The notes: generated by a model not told the origin, from the letters alone. Positions 1-6,312 are shown, counted from the first letter of the stretch. The stretch: DNA of 7,426 bases from Octopus sinensis (GCF_006345805.1 NW_021828808.1:1-7426), one strand, 5' to 3'. Translations and numbers: made by a program.

Positions 1-2
<2 letters not shown>

Positions 3-58
<56 letters not shown>
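3..58. repeat. (AG)n microsatellite, about 28 units, at the window edge
   Basis: Uninterrupted AG dinucleotide run read directly. Confidence 0.98.
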
Positions 59-64
<6 letters not shown>

Positions 65-73
65 GAGAGAAGA

Positions 74-240
74 AAATCGACTTACAGTTCTTAATTTTTA
101 AAAAGCTGGTATTTACTTTATCGCTGACTTTCGCTATACCGCTATCTGACGGGGATGTCAACAAGACAACACCGGTTGTCGGTCGGTGGTGGGGACAAAC
201 ACAAGCGCAGAGACACACACACACATAGATTTATATACAT
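74..240 (-). mobile_element. Degraded internal fragment of SINE family A
   Basis: ctggtatttactttatcg...accgctatctgacggggatgtcaaca...ccggttgtc...ggtggtggggacaaacac aligns by eye with 2290-2385 (ctagtacttattctatcg...accgctaagttacggagacgtaaaca...tcggttgtc...gatggtgggggaaacac), followed by the same CA tract. Confidence 0.8.
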
Positions 241-406
241 AGATGCATGCTTATGTGTGTGTATGAGTGTGTGTATGTGTATGTGCACGTGCGCGCCTGT
301 GTCTGTAATTTTACCCTTCACCGTTAGTGAATCAATTACAACATAGGTAAATGTTTTCTTATAGATTTGTACACAAACAGAAAAACACTCATAACCCCAT
401 TAAACC

Positions 407-407
<1 letters not shown>

Positions 408-449
<42 letters not shown>

Positions 450-595
450 TATATATATATAGTATATAGATATATATATATTAATGCATATATACATACA
501 TAATAAAATATATATACACACACCTAAATAATAATATATGTATATATGTATACATATATGTGTATATATATGTATATGTATATATATGTAATATG

Positions 596-642
<47 letters not shown>

Positions 643-780
643 GTATATGTATATATATGTATATGTATATATATAATGTATATATATATGTATATAGATA
701 TATATCTATATAATAGTATATATATCTAATGTATTATAGATATCCTCTCTCTCTCATCTATATATCTATATATAATATGT
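408..780. repeat. Compound (TA)n / (TATATG)n low-complexity tract
   Basis: Direct reading. Confidence 0.95.
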
Positions 781-821
781 AGGTCCCGGGTTGAGTCGGG
801 GTTAAAACTTCTATAAAAAAA

Positions 822-846
822 AATATATATGTATAGATATATGTTG

Positions 847-899
<53 letters not shown>

Positions 900-1010
900 T
901 ATATATTGTATATATATATATACTATATACTATATATACATACATCATACATACGTATACACATAAATATATATAAATATATATATACGTGTACATATAT
1001 GTGTGTGTGT
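822..1010. repeat. Compound (TA)n / (CATA)n / (GT)n tract
   Basis: Direct reading. Confidence 0.93.
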
Positions 1011-1384
1011 GTACTTTGTGTCTGATAGGGGTGTCGAGTGCTTTTGTCACTGTGTACAAATTATGAGAAAATATTTACCTACAATGCAATAATTATTCAT
1101 TTAGAAATGGTATAGGTGACGTTGCGTGTTCGATCAGTCGGTCGGTCGATCGATCGACCGAGCTTGAACTGAAGGTTAAGAGAGATTTAGAATAAAACCG
1201 TTTAACACATACCTATGGTCAAGCTTATGTTATGGATGGAACTCTGTAGAGAATCTGGCAGCTGGTTTCATACTGCCATCCAGTGCCGTCAGTACAGGAA
1301 TCACAGACTGATATGGCTAGGTAGCTGGATAGCTTAAGATGGGTGGCTGACAGGGAGGGGAAGAGAGAACTGTACATCAGCAAG

Positions 1385-1480
1385 CAGACGGTCAGACAGA
1401 GTGGCTGACAGATAGACAGATAGACACACTGACAGACAGAAAGACAGACAGGGAGACAGACAGACAGGCAAGCAGAGAGA
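1385..1480. repeat. Degenerate (GACA)n / (GATA)n tetranucleotide repeat
   Basis: gacagacaga, gatagacaga units read directly. Confidence 0.85.
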
Positions 1481-1580
1481 TCAGCCCGAGGATAGGCCGG
1501 GATAGACGGACAAGCGGACAAAAGGACGAAAGAAGGAAAAGCAAAAACGATACATGCAACGTACCCAACAGCGGGTCCTT

Positions 1581-1615
1581 CACCACCACCACCACCACCA
1601 CCACCACCACTACAG

Positions 1616-1676
<61 letters not shown>
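1581..1676. repeat. Compound trinucleotide repeat (CAC)10-tacagc-(TAC)20
   Basis: (CAC)10 at 1581-1610 and (TAC)20 at 1617-1676. Source of the poly-Ser/poly-Gly and poly-Val in the ORF track. Confidence 0.97.
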
Positions 1677-1678
<2 letters not shown>

Positions 1679-2137
1679 GTGGTAATAGTCGTTGCAGCAG
1701 GTGGTGGTGCTGGTGATGGTGGCGAAGGGGATGAACACCACTGCCCCATGTAGAACACGAACGGACAGCACCCATCTCCGACACTTGCACCACACTCAGT
1801 ACCATCACCCACATCTCCCACACCTATATTCCGTATCAGCCGTAATCCACACCAAACTGGACCACCTTCTCCCACCGCCACCGCACACCGCCGCCGCCAC
1901 CACCACCACCACCATCGCAATCAAAGGAGTCAGTCACAGAGAGAGCCGCTTAGTGGAAAGACTATACCGTTACCTATATGCCACGCCTACCCAGAAACCA
2001 ACCGAAACCCTCGGTTCCACCCATTAGCCCTTCAAATCTCCACTGCTATCTACCCTTCCACCACCTCCTTTATCGATAATGCACACTGATTACTGTACCC
2101 TGCACCCAACCACGCCATGTGGGGTGACTGTGTGTGT

Positions 2138-2141
<4 letters not shown>

Positions 2142-2194
<53 letters not shown>
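2142..2194. repeat. (TA)n microsatellite abutting the 3' tail of SINE A
   Basis: Direct reading. Confidence 0.95.
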
Positions 2195-2195
<1 letters not shown>

Positions 2196-2378
2196 TCTCT
2201 TATTCTTTTGTTTCAGTCATTTGACTGCGGCCATGCTGGAGCACAGCATTTAGTCGAGCAATCGTCCCCAGGACTTATGCTTTGTGAGCCTAGTACTTAT
2301 TCTATCGGCTTTTTTGTCGAACCGCTAAGTTACGGAGACGTAAACACTCCAGTATCGGTTGTCACGCGATGGTGGGGG

Positions 2379-2417
<39 letters not shown>

Positions 2418-2579
2418 CGATGGACTTCTTTCAGTTTCTGTCTACCAAATCCATTCACAGGGCTTTGGTCGGCCCGAGACTATAGTAGAAGACACTTGCT
2501 CAAGGTGCCAAGCAGTGGGACTGAACCCAGAACCATGTGGTTGGTAAGCAAGCTACTTACCACATAGCCACTCCTACGC
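2194..2579 (-). mobile_element. Near full-length tRNA-derived SINE, family A, with an internal (GT)n tract
   Basis: Minus-strand head GCGTAGGAGTGGCTATGTGGTAAG...GGGTTCAGTCCC: A-box TGGCTATGTGG (2570-2560), B-box GGTTCAGTCCC (2527-2517). Followed by GGCACCTTGAGCAAGTGTCTT, a CORE-like motif. Second partial copy at 74-240; A-rich tail AAACAAAAGAATAAGAGAATA. Confidence 0.9.
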
Positions 2580-2610
2580 ATACATACATACATACATACA
2601 TACATACATA
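2578..2610. repeat. (CATA)n tetranucleotide repeat
   Basis: Direct reading. Confidence 0.93.
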
Positions 2611-2749
2611 AATACTACAGATCCACTCCATCACTGGAACTGTAAAAATCTGTAAGACTTTCCAGAAGTTTATCATTTAAATATATATGAGCATGTCTAG
2701 ACATACAACTATATGCATGAGAAAACATACATAAAACAAAACACAAATA

Positions 2750-2876
2750 TGCACATATACATACATACATACATCATACGTACATCCATCCATCCATCCA
2801 TCCATCCATCCATCCATCCATACATACATACATACATACATACATACATACATACATACATACATACATACATACA
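2750..2876. repeat. Compound (CATA)n-(CATC)n-(CATA)n repeat
   Basis: Direct reading; explains the MYVC/MDGW/HTYI ORFs. Confidence 0.95.
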
Positions 2877-2928
2877 AATCTTCACATACATATATACGTA
2901 CGAACAAAAATAGCCTGTTGTTGATGTT

Positions 2929-2977
2929 GAAATTCCAATGAAGGAGCCTTGAATCTAGGTTAGAAACCGGTTCTTTC
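2929..2977 (+). other. Degenerate minimal hammerhead-ribozyme-like motif with a mutated core
   Basis: CCAATGA (vs CTGANGA) - AGCCT/AGGTT hairpin - GAAA - palindrome AACCGGTT (2965-2972). GAAA 2929-2932 can pair with TTTC 2974-2977. Confidence 0.35.
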
Positions 2978-3036
2978 TCTATTGGCAAGAACTCTTGAAA
3001 TAAAAATGAACAATAACGTACATACATATATGAATA

Positions 3037-3342
3037 TGGCTTAGTGTCCAGGGGTATACGCCTCACCATCGTTAGATTCCCGGCGGTACGTTATGTCCTT
3101 GAGCAAGACACTTTATTCCACGTTGTTCCAATCCACTTAGCTGGCAAAAATGAGTTGTGCATGTATTTCAAAGAGCCAATCTTCTCACATTCTGTGGCTC
3201 GCTGAATCTTCTGGAGAACTACGTTAAGAGTTCGCGTGTCTGTGAAGTGCTCAACCACTTGCAACATTATTTTCACGGGCTGGCTCTTCCGTTGAGAGGT
3301 TAAACGGGAATCCTCGTTGTCGGAACCGACGGAGTGCCAGTT
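3037..3342 (+). mobile_element. tRNA-derived SINE, family B, copy 1
   Basis: A-box-like TGGCTTAGTG (3037-3046), degenerate B-box GTTAGATTCC (3071-3080), GTCCTTGAGCAAGACACTTTATT (3095-3117). Collinear with 5997-6312 up to the shared end ...ACCGACGGA(G/C)TGCCAG. Confidence 0.87.
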
Positions 3343-3344
3343 GT

Positions 3345-3470
3345 ATATACATAGATACACACACACACACACAACACACACACACACACACACACCACAC
3401 ACACACACACATACAAGTGTACATACACACACATACGTGTGTGTGTGTTTGCATACATATATGTATGTTT
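3345..3470. repeat. (CA)n tract followed by a short (GT)n tract
   Basis: Direct reading; begins immediately after the SINE B 3' end. Confidence 0.93.
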
Positions 3471-4183
3471 ATCAATTTGTATACACTTATATATTTGTTT
3501 ACTTTTGCCTGTCTGTTACCCGCGAATAAACAACTAACCACGGTACCACACATTGATACTACAACTCACTATGCTATTTCAGATCACTCCACATCACACA
3601 ATAACTACTGCACTATGTTCATAGCACACTAAACGACAACCGCATTATATTTCTGCCTGTCAGTTTTGGCCAACAGAAAGAATTAATAATATTTGTAAAA
3701 AATAATTTTTAACGACAGAAGCGCTATAAAAATGCCAAAAGGTATTACTTATCACCACTTGAAATTTAATGTTGAGTTAGAACAGAAAATACTGCGATAG
3801 TCACCACGAGAGAAACTTTCATATTGGATTCCGGTGCATATAAGCACACTTGTTAATATCGCTAGCGGAGAGATAAATCACCCGGCACCGTCACCTCAGA
3901 TACTCCCAGATCACGTCATTTCGGCCTCTACTGGCTTTGTCAATGGTAGACGCTCGGGGCAAGAGATAGAAATGATATCTCTGTTAGCGGTACATATAGA
4001 ATCACAGTGCCTAAACAAGTTCTGATGTCGTGAATAGCCAATGGGCGAATTAAAAAAATATTTTTTAGTGACAGAAGCAGTATTAATATCCAAAGGTAAT
4101 ATTTATCCCCAACAAAAACTCCATCAAAAACTAGCTCGTCTTTCAGACCATCTAACTTTCTTATGTAGATACTAAAAAAAAAA

Positions 4184-4445
4184 GGGCATATGGCGTAGTG
4201 GTTAAGAGCGCGAGCTACTAACCCTAAGATTCCGAGTTCGATTCCAAGCAGTGACCTGAACAATAACAATAATAATAATAATAATAATAATAACATCGAA
4301 AAATACCTTAGGAATGAGAACCCAGGTTCGAAATTTCCCCAAGACACCTGAAGAAGGCTGCAGGGTATATCAGCCGAAACGTTGTGTTAACGACAAACAA
4401 GATGAGGAGGACAAATATCCGTCGAATGTAAATAATGTAAATAAA
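4184..4445 (+). mobile_element. tRNA-derived SINE-like element, family D, carrying a hammerhead ribozyme
   Basis: A-box TGGCGTAGTGG (4191-4201), B-box GAGTTCGATTCC (4234-4245), internal (AAT)n (4259-4293), hammerhead motif (4343-4388), tail of (ATGTAAATA)2 (4426-4443). First T4 Pol III terminator is at 4482-4485. Only one copy in the window. Confidence 0.85.
4343..4388 (+). ncRNA. Minimal type I hammerhead ribozyme (Penelope-type, palindromic stem III)
   Basis: Stem I GACAC (4343-4347)/GTGTT (4384-4388); core CTGAAGA (4348-4354) plus an extra A; stem II GGCTG (4356-4360)/CAGCC (4371-4375); GAAA (4376-4379); self-complementary AACGTT (4378-4383); predicted GUU cleavage after 4383. Confidence 0.75.
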
Positions 4446-4832
4446 GTCCATCAAACACTATACATACAAGTCCTGCCCGGGTTTTACTAGTCCTAACTGC
4501 AAAGAAGAGAAAGCAATACACAACGCCTCTTAACAGGTTGTATACAGACAAGAATCACGTGCCATCTCCAGTCAGGCACACTCTCTCGACTTACTCGTCT
4601 CCCCTCCTCACATCACCCGCATTGTGTCCGTTCCTGTCTGACCACTACCGTCAGTCATTCTTGTCTAGAATGCCACCCCATTAGAGCTCCTTTTCCTCCA
4701 GTTGGCCAGTTCAAAGCAAAAAATGGTGTCAATCACACTGGCCTCAGAGAACACTTGAAGCCCATACGCACTGCTCTTTCTTTCTGAACTCGTCAACGTC
4801 ATCATCATCATCAGCAGCAACAACAGTAACAG

Positions 4833-4945
4833 TTTTTAATTTGGGCACAAGGCCAGCAATTTCAGTGCTCAACTGGTACTTATTTTATTAGACTTCGGCA
4901 GAATTTTGCTCCACGCTTTTACGATTCCGCCAATGCAATCACCCT
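4833..4945 (-). mobile_element. Old, internally deleted copy of SINE family C (tail type C1)
   Basis: Collinear blocks ggcacaaggcc..aattt / cagtgctcaactggtacttattttat / gacttcggcagaattt / acgattccgcca match family C copies at 5120-5517. Confidence 0.65.
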
Positions 4946-4961
4946 CATAATAATCCTTTCT

Positions 4962-5119
4962 TATTTCTTTACGCAACACACAGAGGGGACAAACGGATTA
5001 AGTCGATTATATCGATCCCAGTCTGTAACTGGTTCTTATTTAATCGACCCCGAAAGGAGGAAAGGCAAAGTCGACCTCAGCGGAATTTGAACTCAGAACG
5101 TAGCGGCAGACGAAATACC
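4962..5119 (-). mobile_element. 5'-truncated SINE family C copy (tail type C2), first unit of a dimer
   Basis: 5000-5119 matches 5138-5257 at 114 of 120 positions (manual count). Starts with TATTTCTTTAC, as does 5120-5130. Lacks the A-box. Confidence 0.92.
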
Positions 5120-5306
5120 TATTTCTTTACTACCTACAAGTCGATTATATCGACTCCAGTGCGTAACTGGTACTTATTTAATCGACCCCGAAAGGATGAA
5201 AGGCAAAGTCGACCTCAGCGGAATTTGAACTCAGAACGTAGCGGCAGACGAAATACCGCTAAGCATTTCGCCCGGCGTGCTAACGATTCTGCCAGCTCGC
5301 CGCCTT
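5120..5306 (-). mobile_element. SINE family C copy with a complete tRNA-like head, second unit of the dimer
   Basis: Minus head AAGGCGGCGAGCTGGCAGAATCGTTAGC: A-box-like TGGCAGAATCG (5294-5284), B-box GAGTTCAAATTCC (5232-5220), core GACTTTGCCTTTCATCCTTTCGGGGTCGATTAAATAAGTACCAG. Confidence 0.92.
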
Positions 5307-5517
5307 ATAAAAATACTTTCTACTATAGGCACATGGCCTGAACTTTTTGGGGAAGGGACTAAGTCGATTATATCGACCCCAGTACTTAACTGGTAATTAT
5401 TTCATCGATCCCCAAAAGGGTTGAAAAGCAAAGTTGACCTTCGAACTCAGAACGTAAATGCGGACGAAATGCCGTTAAACATTTCGTCTTACGTACTGAT
5501 TCTGCTAGCTCGACACC
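5307..5517 (-). mobile_element. SINE family C copy (tail type C1), more diverged
   Basis: Collinear with 5138-5306 (aagtcgattatatcgaccccagt...gaactcagaacgta...gacgaaat...gattctgctagctcg), with a different distal segment ctttctactataggcacatggcctgaa. Confidence 0.9.
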
Positions 5518-5602
5518 AGCAACAACAATAACGTTATCTCCAATATATTCTTTCGAAGGCGGTTTGGATGATTGCCTAAGGAGTTCGAGCGTCCATTCAG
5601 AG

Positions 5603-5834
5603 TAGTGGTTATCAACCCTTATTTGCTTTATGGACCCTTTGACTCCTATTCTATTCTACTGACCCTCCATGGCCACTCGATGCTTAAATAAAATCCTCTT
5701 ATATTTTTATAATTAAATATTATTAGTAATTCTATAAAATATTGTTAATATATTTTGTGTCTTGAAGAAGTATAACCAATTTATTGCACATTAATTTTAA
5801 CAAAATCTTATATGGACACCCAAAGGAACCACTA
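5603..5834. mobile_element. Probable degraded hAT/Charlie-type MITE
   Basis: Left end TAGTGGTTATCAACC resembles the Charlie-type TIR CAGTGGTTCTCAACC. The 8-bp inverted match AACCACTA is at 5827-5834. AT-rich interior; flanking 8-mers ATTCAGAG/AGGTAGAG match at 5/8. Confidence 0.45.
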
Positions 5835-5877
5835 AGGTAGAGGCCCTTATATGGAACCACTAAGGTAGAGGCCCTTA
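5825..5877. repeat. Perfect 25-bp direct repeat GGAACCACTAAGGTAGAGGCCCTTA x2 with a TAT spacer
   Basis: Copies at 5825-5849 and 5853-5877 are identical. Confidence 0.97.
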
Positions 5878-5996
5878 AATCATTATTCCTTAAATCAGTT
5901 GGCGAGCAGAGTTCGAATAATTCAGCACTGAGCACAAATTGTTAGAGAGCTTGCTGGCTATTCCACGACCGGTTCTAACCTAAACTGGGGTTAGAG

Positions 5997-6312
5997 TGAA
6001 GGCGTGTAGCTTAGTGGGTAGGGTGTTCAACTCATGGTGGTAAGGTCATGATTTCGATCTCCGGTGGTGTGTTCTGTCCTCGAGTAAGACACTTTATTTC
6101 ATGTAGCTCCAGTTTATTCAGCTGGTAAAAACGAGTTGTAACTGTAATTCAAAAGGGGCCACTCTTGTCAAATTCAGTGTCATGCTGAAGGCCCCTAGGA
6201 GTTATGTTAAGGGTATGCGTCTGTGGAGTGCTCAGCCGCTTGCACGTTCATTTCACGAGCATAATCGGACCAACTAGAACCCTCGTCGTCGTAACCGACG
6301 GACTGCCAGATT
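5997..6312 (+). mobile_element. tRNA-derived SINE, family B, copy 2
   Basis: A-box TAGCTTAGTGG (6007-6017), degenerate B-box ATTTCGATCTCC, GTCCTCGAGTAAGACACTTTATT (6076-6098). Collinear with 3037-3342. Confidence 0.87.

Noticed and set aside
155-1059. ORFs 155-346, 336-521 and 859-1059
   Set aside because: Translations of (CA)n/(GT)n/(TA)n repeats and a SINE fragment (YIYI, CVCM runs).
1225-1920. 231-aa and 143-aa minus-strand ORFs with poly-Ser/Gly/Val
   Set aside because: They stay open because of (TAC)20, (CAC)10 and (GACA)n repeats; no recognisable domain; overlapping frames are equally open.
2418-2445. GAAACTGAAAGAAG in SINE A (minus strand) as a ribozyme core
   Set aside because: CUGAAAGA does not fit CUGANGA and GAAA precedes rather than follows it, with no room for stems.
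2079-3632. ORFs between 2079 and 3632
   Set aside because: They run through SINE A, SINE B and (CATA)n/(CA)n tracts.
3831-4050. Promoter-like patch (12 CpGs, TGACGTGA on the minus strand at 3911-3918, AGCCAATGGGCG at 4036-4047)
   Set aside because: Short motifs are expected by chance and there is no linked gene or TSS evidence in the window.
4184-4256. Functional tRNA gene
   Set aside because: A and B boxes are good, but the acceptor, anticodon and T stems do not pair properly, there is no adjacent terminator, and it continues into a repeat body. Treated as a SINE head; the same applies to the heads at 2579, 3037, 5306 and 6001.
3834-4347. ORFs 3834-4025 (+), 3911-4093 (-) and 3940-4347 (-)
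   Set aside because: Short, mutually overlapping and with no recognisable motif; the longest reads antisense through SINE D and its (AAT)n (poly-Leu).
4589-4600. Perfect minus-strand donor CGA|GTAAGT
   Set aside because: No upstream acceptor with a polypyrimidine tract gives a plausible exon.
4770-4814. CTGATGA on the minus strand (4814-4808) as another hammerhead core
   Set aside because: It is part of an (ATC)n microsatellite; no convincing stem I or stem III or NUH site follows the downstream GAAA.
4962-5517. CRISPR-like or satellite array
   Set aside because: The units are 140-200-bp SINE copies with Pol III boxes in a eukaryotic context, with no repeat-spacer architecture.
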